DNA of 64,000 nucleotides from Gammaproteobacteria bacterium. GTDB taxonomy: Bacteria; Pseudomonadota; Gammaproteobacteria; Eutrophobiales; Eutrophobiaceae. Of this stretch, positions 52,677 through 62,274 are shown piece after piece. The notes beneath the pieces were generated by a model. The model saw only the letters and a list, made by a program, of their open reading frames with translations. It was not told the DNA's origin and made no database searches. Made by a program: the position numbers and the translations under genes. The stretch lies in assembly GCA_965221695.1 (NCBI GenBank), contig OZ244905.1:1792001-1856000 (forward strand), written 5' to 3'. Within the stretch, counting starts at the first letter, position 1; each line of letters starts with the position of its first letter.

Positions 52677-53860
52677 TGGTAGCTCGGGTCGCAGCGCAAC
52701 GGGTTTTACCCACGCCGTTTCATCGGCGCGCCGCAGCCGCGTGCGAGACCAATCTCTGGTCATCCTGGGCGGGATATACCGTCGTGGACTGCTATACCTC
52801 CGTGGAAGATGAATATTTCTCCATCCGTAACGCAAGCTCGGTGTTTGACCTCAGCCCCATGACCAAGTATCGCATCAGCGGTAAGGATGGGCTGGCCTAC
52901 CTGGACAAGCTGATGACGCGCAGGATGGACAAGCTGACCCCCGGGCAGGTCATGTACACACTCTGGTGCAATGATCAAGGGCGCCTGCTGGATGACGGAA
53001 CCGTCTTCCACCTGGGCGACAATCAATGGCGCTTGTGTTCCCAGGAACCACACCTGGACTGGCTGCTGGCAAGCGCCTTGGGTTTTGCTGTCGAGATTCG
53101 CGACGAATCGGAGGAACTGGCTGCCCTGGCTGTGCAAGGCCCCACTTCCTGCCGGACACTGAAAGCCATGGGCCTGGCAGATATCGAGCTACTCAAACCC
53201 TTTTCAGCGCGCGTTTTTCCATTTGAAAATAACGAACTGCTGATCTCGCGCACCGGTTTTACCGGCGACCTGGGTTATGAGTTATGGATGCAACCGGATG
53301 CTGCGGAATCCGTATGGGATGCCCTGTTCACGGCCGGCGCGCCGTTCGGCATCACGCCCATCGGCGGCCAGGCCCTGGATATTGCCCGCCTTGAGGCCGG
53401 TTTCATCCAGCCGGAAGCGGAGTTCATGCCTGCGGCCAACCTGGTGCGCCCGAACCGGGGCCGTTCCCCGTTCGAACTGGGTCTTGGCCACCTGGTGCAT
53501 CTCGACAAGCCGGTTTTCAACGGCAGACGGGCTTTGCTGGAAGAACAGCAACAAGGGTCGCGCTATCGCCTGGTCAGGCTGGATGTCGCCGGCAACAAGC
53601 CGGCCAGCGAAGCGTTTATTTACAATCACAAGGAGCAGGAGGTCGGGCACGTGACCTCGGCGGCCTGGTCACCCAGCGCCAAGATGAATATCGCCCTGGC
53701 CTCGTTGCAGATGCCCTGGGGCAGACCCGAGGATGAACTGTATGCGGAAGTATATTACGATAGCGAATTACAGTGGAACCGCCTCATGGCCCGCTGCAAA
53801 GTGGTGGAACACGCTTTTTTTGACCCGCCGCGACGGCGCAAGACCCCGGCGGATTGCTGA
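52676..53860 (+). CDS. GcvT-family aminomethyltransferase/demethylase
   Basis: EYFSIR..VFDLSPM, LLDDGTV, AVQGP, SRTGFTGDLGYEL, ARLEAG; TAATG coupling. Confidence 0.92.
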   Translation: MVARVAAQRVLPTPFHRRAAAACETNLWSSWAGYTVVDCYTSVEDEYFSIRNASSVFDLSPMTKYRISGKDGLAYLDKLMTRRMDKLTPGQVMYTLWCNDQGRLLDDGTVFHLGDNQWRLCSQEPHLDWLLASALGFAVEIRDESEELAALAVQGPTSCRTLKAMGLADIELLKPFSARVFPFENNELLISRTGFTGDLGYELWMQPDAAESVWDALFTAGAPFGITPIGGQALDIARLEAGFIQPEAEFMPAANLVRPNRGRSPFELGLGHLVHLDKPVFNGRRALLEEQQQGSRYRLVRLDVAGNKPASEAFIYNHKEQEVGHVTSAAWSPSAKMNIALASLQMPWGRPEDELYAEVYYDSELQWNRLMARCKVVEHAFFDPPRRRKTPADC

Positions 53861-53914
53861 ACAAAAAACATGATCTGACGGCTGCTCCCAACACAGCGAA
53901 CCCGGCGTAACAGC

Positions 53915-55309
53915 GTGAACAACTGCAAACAGACAACTCCGGAGGAACTGCAGGAATTTCTGGAAAGACACCCTGACACGAAGATGGTCGAACTCCTGCT
54001 GCCCGATATCAACGGTATCCTGCGGGGCAAACGTGTCGGCAGAGACGAACTCAATGCCTTGTACCGGCAGGGACTTAAAATGTGCGCCTCGACCCCGCTC
54101 ATCGACAGTCGCGGCGAAATTACCTTTGATATAAACCTGGGCACCCGGGACGGAGACCCGGATATCATGAGTTATCCGGTGGCCGGCACGCTGGCCCCGG
54201 TTCCCTGGTTGGGCGATTCAGCCATTGCTCAGGCATTTGTTACCTTGCGCGACCTGGATGGCGCGCCCTGGTTTGCTGACCCCCGTCAGGTATTGCGGCG
54301 CGTGTGCGACAAGCTGCAAGAACTGGGTTTGCGGGCGGTGGTCGCAACGGAATTCGAGTTTTACCTGCTGGAAACTGGGGAGGGCAATGCGCCACAGCCG
54401 CGTCTGGGCAGGATTCCCGGCACCGGACTGAAGCAACAAGGCCTGCAATATGCCAGCCTGGAGGATTTGTGGGAATGCGACCCGCTGCTCCGGGATGTGC
54501 AGCGCAACTGCGAAGCGCAAAACGTGCCCGCAAGCGCCGCGTTGCCTGAATTTTCTCCGGGGCAGTTTGAAATCAACCTTCACCACCAGGACGACCCGGC
54601 GCGCGCCTGCGACCACGGCGCAATGCTGAAACGCATCATCAAGGGAACCGCCTGCCGGCATGGACTGGGCGCGGCCTTCATGGCAAAACCCTTTGACAAC
54701 TACGCCGGCAGCGGGCTGCATATTCATGTCAGCCTGTTCGATGAGCAGGGAAACAATGTCTTCGCCGGCCCTGAAGACGAAACCAGGCCGTCCGTTTCCA
54801 GCGCGCTCAGGCATGCGGTAGGGGGGCTGCAACAGACCATGGCCGATGCCATGGCTTTGTTCGCTCCCAACGCCAATTCTTACCGGCGCCTGCAACCTGA
54901 CTCGTTTGTCCCGCTAAGTCCGAACTGGGGTTATAACCATCGGGCGGTTGCTTTGAGAGTGCCGGTGTGCGGCCGCCAGGATACCCGCATAGAACATCGG
55001 GTGGCAGGCGCGGATGCCAACCCGTACCTGGTAATGGCTGCGGTCCTGGCCGGCATTCATTACGGCATCACCCGTCAATGTGAACCAACTGAAATGATCG
55101 CTGAAGGGACTATGCTGGATAAACAGGAGATCGCCTTGCCGCGCCGTTGGGACGCAGCCCTGGACCGATTCCAGCACAGTGATGTGTTGCCGGAGTACCT
55201 GGGAGAGAAGTTTTGCCAGGTATTCGAGCTGGTCCGGCGCAGTGAGTGCGAACGCTTTCACAGCCAGGTCAGCAACCGTGATTACGAGTGGTATCTGCGC
55301 GGTGTTTAA
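53915..55309 (+). CDS. Glutamine synthetase-like gamma-glutamyl-amine ligase (PuuA/PauA type)
   Basis: DINGILRGKR, EFEFYL, EFSPGQFEINL, FMAKP, GSGLHIH, NANSYRR, EHRVAGADANPY. Confidence 0.9.
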   Translation: MNNCKQTTPEELQEFLERHPDTKMVELLLPDINGILRGKRVGRDELNALYRQGLKMCASTPLIDSRGEITFDINLGTRDGDPDIMSYPVAGTLAPVPWLGDSAIAQAFVTLRDLDGAPWFADPRQVLRRVCDKLQELGLRAVVATEFEFYLLETGEGNAPQPRLGRIPGTGLKQQGLQYASLEDLWECDPLLRDVQRNCEAQNVPASAALPEFSPGQFEINLHHQDDPARACDHGAMLKRIIKGTACRHGLGAAFMAKPFDNYAGSGLHIHVSLFDEQGNNVFAGPEDETRPSVSSALRHAVGGLQQTMADAMALFAPNANSYRRLQPDSFVPLSPNWGYNHRAVALRVPVCGRQDTRIEHRVAGADANPYLVMAAVLAGIHYGITRQCEPTEMIAEGTMLDKQEIALPRRWDAALDRFQHSDVLPEYLGEKFCQVFELVRRSECERFHSQVSNRDYEWYLRGV

Positions 55310-55442
55310 CTCGCATTCCAACAAGTCCGCTCAACCCGAATCTCTCATTACCAATTGATGCGATGATCGCTAACAGCAAACATCTATCCGATGCTGACAA
55401 GTGAATTGATGGGATCTTCGAGTTAGAGGTAAACTGAGAGTT

Positions 55443-56633
55443 ATGTCTTCACTATCACAACTCATTGACAACCAGCCGGAAGGGTTTTCCCTGCAACAGG
55501 CATTTTACCGGGATGCCGATATATACCGGCGCGAACTGGAGCGGCTGTTTATGAAGTCCTGGTTGTATGCCGGGCATGTCAGCCAGATTCCAGAAACCGG
55601 CGATTATTTTCTGTATGAACTGGCCGATGAATCCGTGATCATCGTACGCGCAGGCGAGAATTCCATTAAGGCATTCCTGAACCTGTGCCGCCATCGCGGT
55701 TCCCGTATCTGCCTGGAAGCGGAAGGCCGGCAGAAACTGCTGGTATGTCCATACCATGGCTGGACTTACCAGCTTGACGGCGCGCTGCGGGGCGCCAACT
55801 ACACACCGCCGGATTTCCAACGTTCGAATTATGCTCTGCGCGAGGCGCGGCTGGAGACGCTGCACGGGATGATCTTCATCAATTTTGACGAACAGACAGC
55901 CTCTTTCCAGCCGCTACGGCGCGATTTGGACGACTGCCTGCAGCCCTACAGGCTGGAACAGACCAAGGTGGCTCACAAGCAGAGTTACCCTATCCAGGCA
56001 AACTGGAAACTGGCGCTGGAAAATTATTGCGAGTGCTATCACTGCGTTCCCGCTCACCCCGAGTATGCTGAAGGACATGGCCGCTCATTTCCTGAGAAGG
56101 AGATGTCCGGCCTGCTGAAGCAGGTCATGGAACGAGGTAAACGGCTGGGACTGACCGATCATTGCGTTGACAAGAGCTGGTTGCATTCCGGCGTCGCCAA
56201 CGCAGACCGCGGCTTTGATCGCTATCCCCTGCTGAACGGCTTTGTCACCGGCAGCCGGGACGGCAAACCCGTGGCGCCGCTGCTGGGAGACCTGCGCGGT
56301 TATGACGGCGGCGCAACTGATATTCAGATCGGGCCGTTCACCTTTGCCCTGGCCTACTGCGACCACTTGGTCATCTATCATTTTCGCCCTTTGAATGTAG
56401 CCGACTGTGTTTGTGACATCACCTGGCTGGTCAATGAAAACGCGGTAGAGGGAAAAGATTACCATCAAGAGGAGCTGATCTGGCTCTGGGACATCACTAC
56501 CGTTGCCGACAAACGCATTATCGAGGACAATCAGAAAGGCATAAATTCCGCGTTTTACCAGCCAGGACCTTATACCGGCATGGAAGGTTTCACCCGCGGG
56601 TTCATCGACTGGTATCTGCGCGCGATGAAATAA
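55443..56633 (+). CDS. Rieske non-heme iron oxygenase alpha subunit (quaternary-amine/GbcA-like group)
   Basis: CRHRG..CPYHGW, NWKLALENYCECYHCVPAHPE, WDITTVAD. Confidence 0.9.
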   Translation: MSSLSQLIDNQPEGFSLQQAFYRDADIYRRELERLFMKSWLYAGHVSQIPETGDYFLYELADESVIIVRAGENSIKAFLNLCRHRGSRICLEAEGRQKLLVCPYHGWTYQLDGALRGANYTPPDFQRSNYALREARLETLHGMIFINFDEQTASFQPLRRDLDDCLQPYRLEQTKVAHKQSYPIQANWKLALENYCECYHCVPAHPEYAEGHGRSFPEKEMSGLLKQVMERGKRLGLTDHCVDKSWLHSGVANADRGFDRYPLLNGFVTGSRDGKPVAPLLGDLRGYDGGATDIQIGPFTFALAYCDHLVIYHFRPLNVADCVCDITWLVNENAVEGKDYHQEELIWLWDITTVADKRIIEDNQKGINSAFYQPGPYTGMEGFTRGFIDWYLRAMK

Positions 56634-56635
56634 CG

Positions 56636-57289
56636 ATGCGCAAGAGAGATCCGGGGAGCATCCCCGACAACAGGACCCTGGCAAAACAACGCCGCCAGGA
56701 ACAACTCATCAAGGCCACTATACGCTGTGTTGCCAAACGCGGCCTTTCCGCTACGACTATGGCGGACATCACCCAAGAGGCGGGGCTTAGCCTGGGGATC
56801 GTCAACCTGCACTTCAAGAGCAAGGACAAGCTGTTACTGGAAACCCTGAAATATCTGGCGGAAGAATATCGCCAGGCATGGGAAAAAACGTTACGCACGA
56901 CAGGGCCGGGGCCGGCGGAGAAACTTGCCGCCCTGGTAGAACTGGATTTTAGCAAAGCGATCTGTGATCACAAAAAAATCTCGGTGTGGTTCGCCTTCTG
57001 GGGCGAGGCCCGCGCGCGCCCCGTCTATATGAAAACCTGCGCCGAATATGACCACTATTACGTGCAGGAGGAAGCGCAACTGTTTGCTGAAATACTGCGT
57101 GACGATGACAACAACCGCCTTGATCCGATGATGCTGGCTACGACACTGGATGCGCTTGTGGACGGTCTGTGGGTGGATATGCTGTCAGCGCGGAATGCAA
57201 TCAGCCGTAACCAGGCCAAGCAACTGGTGATGGACTATCTGTGCTCAGTCCTGCCGGATCATTTTCACCGCACCGCCGAGCCGGACTGA
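56636..57289 (+). CDS. TetR-family regulator (BetI-like)
   Basis: RRQEQLIKAT..GLSLGIVNLHFKSKDKLL, VWFAFWGEA, ALVDGLW. Confidence 0.9.
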   Translation: MRKRDPGSIPDNRTLAKQRRQEQLIKATIRCVAKRGLSATTMADITQEAGLSLGIVNLHFKSKDKLLLETLKYLAEEYRQAWEKTLRTTGPGPAEKLAALVELDFSKAICDHKKISVWFAFWGEARARPVYMKTCAEYDHYYVQEEAQLFAEILRDDDNNRLDPMMLATTLDALVDGLWVDMLSARNAISRNQAKQLVMDYLCSVLPDHFHRTAEPD

Positions 57290-57375
57290 CCAACGATGGG
57301 GCAATCTCCGGATAACAGCGCCAGGGAGTGGGAGACGGGCCGGATGCGACGCAAACGAACGCGGCGGGTTTCACT

Positions 57376-58491
57376 ATGACGATGGCAGCGAACCGGCTTC
57401 CTCAGTATACAGGGAAGGCCATCCTGCTGATGCTGTTGGCGCTGTCATGCATGGCGCTTGCGGCGGAAGAAAAAGTCGTCAACATGTATAACTGGGCGGA
57501 CTATATCGGCCCGGCCACCATCGAAGATTTTGAACGGGAATACGGCATCAAGGTCAATTACGACATCTACGATACCACGGAGATTGTGGATGCCAAACTC
57601 ATGTCCGGCAATACCGGTTACGATGTCGTTGTGCATGCCGCGTCTTATTCCGCCCGCCTTATTGAGGCCGGCGTGTACCAGCCCTTGGAGCGCAGCCGCC
57701 TTGATAACTGGAAATATCTGGACCCGGACATTATGCAGATCATGGACGACTTCGACCCCGGAAACCGTTATGCGGCCCCGTATATGTGGGGAACGACTGG
57801 TATTTCCTATAACGTGGACATGCTCAGGGAACGCTACCCGGACGCGCCGCTGGATAGCGCCGATTTCTTTTTCAGGCCTGAAATCATTTCACGCTTTGCC
57901 GATTGCGGCGTGACCATGCTGGATGGCCCCATCGATGCGCTGCCTTCAGTCATGAGTTTCCTGGGTTATCCGGGCAATTCCATTGACCCGCAGCATCTGC
58001 GCGCGGCGGAACATGTGATGAAATCCATCCGGCCTTATATCCGCTATTTCAGTTCCGCCAAGATGCTGATCGACATGCCGAACAAGGAAGTATGCGTGGC
58101 CATGAGCTGGTCAGGTGATTATATCGTGGCCCGTAGCCGCGCCGCGGAGGCCGGCGTTGACATCAACCTGGCCTATGTCATGTCGAAAAACGCTGTTCAT
58201 ACCTGGATTGACTCCATGTTTATTCCCAGCGATGCCCCGCATCCGGACAACGCCCACCTCCTGGTCAACTTTCTGCTGCGCCCGGAGGTGATTGCGCAGG
58301 TTTCCAATTTCATTGGTTATGCCAACGCCAATCAGGCCGCGACTGCGCTGGTGGACCCGGACATTGCCGCAGACCCGGCCATTTATCCTGACGCCGATGT
58401 GCGCAGCCGCATGGAACTCTCCCTGGTCTATTCTCCCAAGATGGAGAGAAACCGGTCCCGGGCCTGGACGCGGATTAAATCAGGTCTTTGA
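57376..58491 (+). CDS. Polyamine-type ABC substrate-binding protein (PotF/SpuD-like)
   Basis: YNWADYI, GYDVVV, PYMWGTTG, SWSGD, WTRIKSG. Confidence 0.9.
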   Translation: MTMAANRLPQYTGKAILLMLLALSCMALAAEEKVVNMYNWADYIGPATIEDFEREYGIKVNYDIYDTTEIVDAKLMSGNTGYDVVVHAASYSARLIEAGVYQPLERSRLDNWKYLDPDIMQIMDDFDPGNRYAAPYMWGTTGISYNVDMLRERYPDAPLDSADFFFRPEIISRFADCGVTMLDGPIDALPSVMSFLGYPGNSIDPQHLRAAEHVMKSIRPYIRYFSSAKMLIDMPNKEVCVAMSWSGDYIVARSRAAEAGVDINLAYVMSKNAVHTWIDSMFIPSDAPHPDNAHLLVNFLLRPEVIAQVSNFIGYANANQAATALVDPDIAADPAIYPDADVRSRMELSLVYSPKMERNRSRAWTRIKSGL

Positions 58492-58511
58492 AAACTGTGG
58501 TGTAATACCAA

Positions 58512-59606
58512 GTGGACAAAACGCTCATTCAGATTGAAAACCTCTGTAAACATTACGGCGATTTTCCCGCTGTGCGTGACGTCAGTCTCGATATTTTCCA
58601 GGGTGAATTGTTTTCCATACTCGGTGGTTCGGGTTGCGGTAAGACCACCTTGCTGCGCATGCTGGCGGGATTTGAGCAACCGAGTTCCGGCAGGATCCTG
58701 ATCGATGGCATCGATATGGCCGGCGTGCCCCCCTATGAGCGCCCTGTCAATATGATGTTCCAGTCATATGCCATCTTCCCGCACATGAATGTTGAGGATA
58801 ACGTTGCCTACGGCCTGAAGAAAGAGGGCCTGCCGAAATCAGCGGCGCGCGCGCGGGTGGACGAAATGCTGGAACTGGTGCAACTGGCGGAGTTCGCCCG
58901 CCGCAAACCCCGACAGCTATCCGGCGGCCAGCGGCAACGGGTCGCCCTGGCGCGGGCGTTGGTCAAACGTCCTAAAGTCCTGCTTCTGGATGAGCCGCTG
59001 GCGGCGCTGGACAAGAAGCTGCGCGAGCGCACCCAGTTCGAGTTGATGAACATCCAGGACCAGACCGGCGTGACGTTTATCGTCGTCACTCATGACCAGG
59101 AGGAAGCCATGACCCTGTCGACCCGCATCGCAGTTATGCGCGAAGGCAGGTTTATCCAGTGCGGCGCGCCGCAACAGATCTACGAATATCCGGCGAACCG
59201 CTATGTTGCGGATTTTTTCGGAACCATCAATTTGTTCGAAGGCTTGGTCAGCCGCGTTGACGGTGACAACATAACAATAACATGCGCTGCGGTGAACGCT
59301 GACATCAAAGCAAAAACGACGACCCGGATCAACCGTTCCGATCGGCTGACGGTTGCCGTGAGACCTGAGAAAATCTCGATCTCGAAAAAACCTCCAGACG
59401 CCGGCGTTGCGGCCGCGCTGAAAGGGGTGGTCCTGGACCTGGGCTATTACGGGAGCCTATCCGTGTACCGCATCAGCACAGATGCGGGATTCGTTGTCCA
59501 AGTCAGCGCCCAGAACCGAATGCGCTCAGCCGAAAGAAGCCTGGAATGGGATGACGTGGTATACCTTTCCTGGGATATTGGCAGCAGCGTGGTATTAGCA
59601 GAATGA
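58512..59606 (+). CDS. Polyamine ABC ATP-binding protein (PotG-like)
   Basis: GGSGCGKTT, PPYERPVNMMFQSYA, LSGGQRQR, TOBE tail. Confidence 0.92.
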   Translation: MDKTLIQIENLCKHYGDFPAVRDVSLDIFQGELFSILGGSGCGKTTLLRMLAGFEQPSSGRILIDGIDMAGVPPYERPVNMMFQSYAIFPHMNVEDNVAYGLKKEGLPKSAARARVDEMLELVQLAEFARRKPRQLSGGQRQRVALARALVKRPKVLLLDEPLAALDKKLRERTQFELMNIQDQTGVTFIVVTHDQEEAMTLSTRIAVMREGRFIQCGAPQQIYEYPANRYVADFFGTINLFEGLVSRVDGDNITITCAAVNADIKAKTTTRINRSDRLTVAVRPEKISISKKPPDAGVAAALKGVVLDLGYYGSLSVYRISTDAGFVVQVSAQNRMRSAERSLEWDDVVYLSWDIGSSVVLAE

Positions 59607-60499
59607 CACATTCGGACAAGCTTTGGCGGCTCGTGGTCATCTCCACGCCCTATCTGTGGCTGTTGGTTTTTTTTCTGTTGCCGTTCCTGTTCGTCCTCAA
59701 GATCAGTTTTGCCGATCCGATCGTCGCGCTACCGCCGTTTACCGCGCTATTCGATCCTGCCAGGGAAGGCGGACGCTGGTTCCAGATCACACTGGATAAT
59801 TACCGCTTCATACTCGAAGATGACCTGTATTGGATCAGTTACTTCAAATCGATCAGGATTGCCTTCATCTCGACCTGCCTGTGCCTGCTCATCGGATACC
59901 CGATGGCTTATGCCATCGCTCGGGCCGCGCCGGGCTGGCGCAACCTGTTTCTATTCCTGGTCATCCTGCCGTTCTGGACCTCGTTTCTGCTGCGGGTTTA
60001 CGCCTGGATGGGCATGCTGAGCACGAACGGCGTGATCAACAACCTGCTGATCGGGGCGGGTCTTATTGACCAACCCTTGAAACTGTTGTACACGGATTTT
60101 GCGGTCTATATGGGCATCATTTACTCGTACCTGCCATTCATGATCCTGCCGTTGTACGCCAACCTGGAGCGGTTGGACTACAGTCTGAACGAAGCGGCAG
60201 CGGATCTCGGCGCCAGGCCCCTGGCAATTTTCCGTGATATCACACTCCCTCTTTCCTTACCCGGCATTATCGCGGGCTGCCTGCTGGTGTTCATTCCTGC
60301 GCTGGGGGAATTTGTCATTCCGGCCTTGCTGGGCGGACTCGATTCGCTGATGATAGGCCGTACCCTGTACGATGAATTTTTTACCAATCGCGATTGGCCG
60401 CTGTCGTCAGCGGTTGCTGTTATCCTGTTACTCATCCTGGTGGCGCCCATCATGCTGTTCCAACATTACCAGGCGCGCGGGACCGCGGACCAACCATGA
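59603..60499 (+). CDS. Polyamine ABC permease (PotH-like)
   Basis: ILPFWTSFLLRVYAW, EAAADLGA. Confidence 0.92.
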   Translation: MTHSDKLWRLVVISTPYLWLLVFFLLPFLFVLKISFADPIVALPPFTALFDPAREGGRWFQITLDNYRFILEDDLYWISYFKSIRIAFISTCLCLLIGYPMAYAIARAAPGWRNLFLFLVILPFWTSFLLRVYAWMGMLSTNGVINNLLIGAGLIDQPLKLLYTDFAVYMGIIYSYLPFMILPLYANLERLDYSLNEAAADLGARPLAIFRDITLPLSLPGIIAGCLLVFIPALGEFVIPALLGGLDSLMIGRTLYDEFFTNRDWPLSSAVAVILLLILVAPIMLFQHYQARGTADQP

Positions 60500-60530
60500 T
60501 CTGCCAGCGTTCCATTGCGCGCCAGCCCCG

Positions 60531-60566
60531 CCATTACCGCGCAAGCGGAGATCCATTGGATTCCGG
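60531..60566. repeat. Degenerate REP doublet in the potH-potI spacer
   Basis: CCATTACCGCGCAAGCGGAGATCCA TTGGATTCCGG. Confidence 0.5.
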
Positions 60567-60581
60567 TTTACAGGACAAATC

Positions 60582-61412
60582 ATGAACAAACCGCGATCCA
60601 GGTTTCTGTTGACTGTGCTCTGCTTTGGTTATGCGTTCCTTTATATCCCGATCGTCATGGTGATGGTATATTCGTTCAACGATTCCCGTATTGTCTCGGT
60701 CTGGGGCGGTTTTTCTCTGCGCTGGTATGCGGCTCTGCTGGAGAACCGGCAGCTACTTGAGGCGGCCCTGCTCAGCTTGCGCATTGCCTTCATCAGCGCC
60801 ACCTTTGCCACCGCGCTGGGGACGCTGGCCGGACTTGCCCTGGCTCGGATCAGGAAGTTCCGCGGCAGGCTACTTTTTTCCGGCCTTATCGCGGCGCCGC
60901 TGGTCATGCCGGAGGTCATCACCGGGCTATCGTTGTTGCTGCTGTTTGTCAGCCTGCAGGATTTCACCGGCTGGCCGGGCGGACGAGGCGCCATGACCAT
61001 CACCATTGGTCATATCACCTTTTCCATGGCCTATGTCGCAGTGATTGTGCAATCGAGATTGATTTCCATGGACCAGTCCCTGGAGGAAGCGGCCATGGAC
61101 CTGGGCGGACGGCCATTCCAGGTGATGTTTGATATTACCTTGCCCATCATCGCGCCGGCCATGCTGTCCGGCTGGTTGCTGGCATTTACCCTGTCGCTGG
61201 ATGATCTGGTGATCGCCAGTTTCGTGTCCGGCCCGGGCGCCAGCACCCTACCCATGTGGATTTTCTCCAAGGTCCGCCTGGGCGTCACCCCTGACGTCAA
61301 CGCGCTGGCGACCCTGATCATTCTCACTGTCAGCCTCGGGACGTTCATCGCCGGCCTGATTTTGCTGCGCCAGCATCGGCAACAACGGCAGGCCAGCCAC
61401 TCATCCGCTTGA
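60582..61412 (+). CDS. Polyamine ABC permease (PotI-like)
   Basis: FLYIPIV..YSFN, PLVMPEVITG, LEEAAMDLG, FTLSLDD. Confidence 0.92.
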   Translation: MNKPRSRFLLTVLCFGYAFLYIPIVMVMVYSFNDSRIVSVWGGFSLRWYAALLENRQLLEAALLSLRIAFISATFATALGTLAGLALARIRKFRGRLLFSGLIAAPLVMPEVITGLSLLLLFVSLQDFTGWPGGRGAMTITIGHITFSMAYVAVIVQSRLISMDQSLEEAAMDLGGRPFQVMFDITLPIIAPAMLSGWLLAFTLSLDDLVIASFVSGPGASTLPMWIFSKVRLGVTPDVNALATLIILTVSLGTFIAGLILLRQHRQQRQASHSSA

Positions 61413-61427
61413 ACCCGAGGGCCAGTT

Positions 61428-62267
61428 ATGTTCATCGCCAATTTCCATGTTCTGAAACAATCCGCCAAATGGATTGTGTATTCCTTGCTGCTGGTAAATT
61501 TCGCTTTTTACCTGAATTGGGACTGGCATGTCGCCACTCATGCGCTGGCGCCAGCGGCGCCGCTAAATCATTGGTTGCGGGCTTTTGCTGCGTCCATCGA
61601 CCACGCGTCCTGGCTCACTCTGATCATCCTGTTCGAACTGGAAACCTATACCCTGTCCGATGAAGCATTCACCCCGCTGGTAAGAAGAACCATGCATGGG
61701 ATTCGTCTGTTGTGTTACCTGTTTATCTTGCATACGGTCTATGCTTACAGCCACAGCGCGTATGAAGTCCAATATAAAGTGGAGCAGGCAACGGGCGTGT
61801 CCGACCTGTGCCAGGTAGCAGACGGGCGTCTATCGTTTGTCTACAACCAGCAATATACCTATCTCAATGAAGACAACTGCGCAGAACTTGGCCAAGGCAA
61901 TGAATTTTTTCTGCTGGAGAAGGGGCTGGTGATTGCCGACTCCATCAGCCTGAAGAGAGAAAGATGGCTGGCATGGTTGGATCTGGTTGAGGCTGTGATC
62001 TGGCTATTCATCATGGGACTGATCGAAGCAACCATCAGACTGCAGGAACGCGGGATATCAAGAGGACGGACCATGGCTACGCTGAATTATCTCAAGTTTG
62101 CCGGTTTTAGCGCGTTGATAGGCATCGCGTCTCACTGGGGACTGACCGGCCTGTTGCTGAATTTCTGGGATGAAATCCTTTGGATAGGCGGATTTGTCGC
62201 GATCGAGATGAACATGTCGGACTGGCGCGAAGAACTTGAGGGAGAGCAGGTCGTAAGGCTGGCCTGA
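61428..62267 (+). CDS. Hypothetical multi-TM membrane protein
   Basis: About 6 hydrophobic segments and a loop with two Cys; tightly spaced within the operon. Confidence 0.75.
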   Translation: MFIANFHVLKQSAKWIVYSLLLVNFAFYLNWDWHVATHALAPAAPLNHWLRAFAASIDHASWLTLIILFELETYTLSDEAFTPLVRRTMHGIRLLCYLFILHTVYAYSHSAYEVQYKVEQATGVSDLCQVADGRLSFVYNQQYTYLNEDNCAELGQGNEFFLLEKGLVIADSISLKRERWLAWLDLVEAVIWLFIMGLIEATIRLQERGISRGRTMATLNYLKFAGFSALIGIASHWGLTGLLLNFWDEILWIGGFVAIEMNMSDWREELEGEQVVRLA

Positions 62268-62274
62268 GGTTGCC

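Noticed and set aside
53915-55309. glnA assignment
   Set aside because: The N-terminal DINGILRGKR and the context match PuuA/PauA-type ligases rather than GSI.
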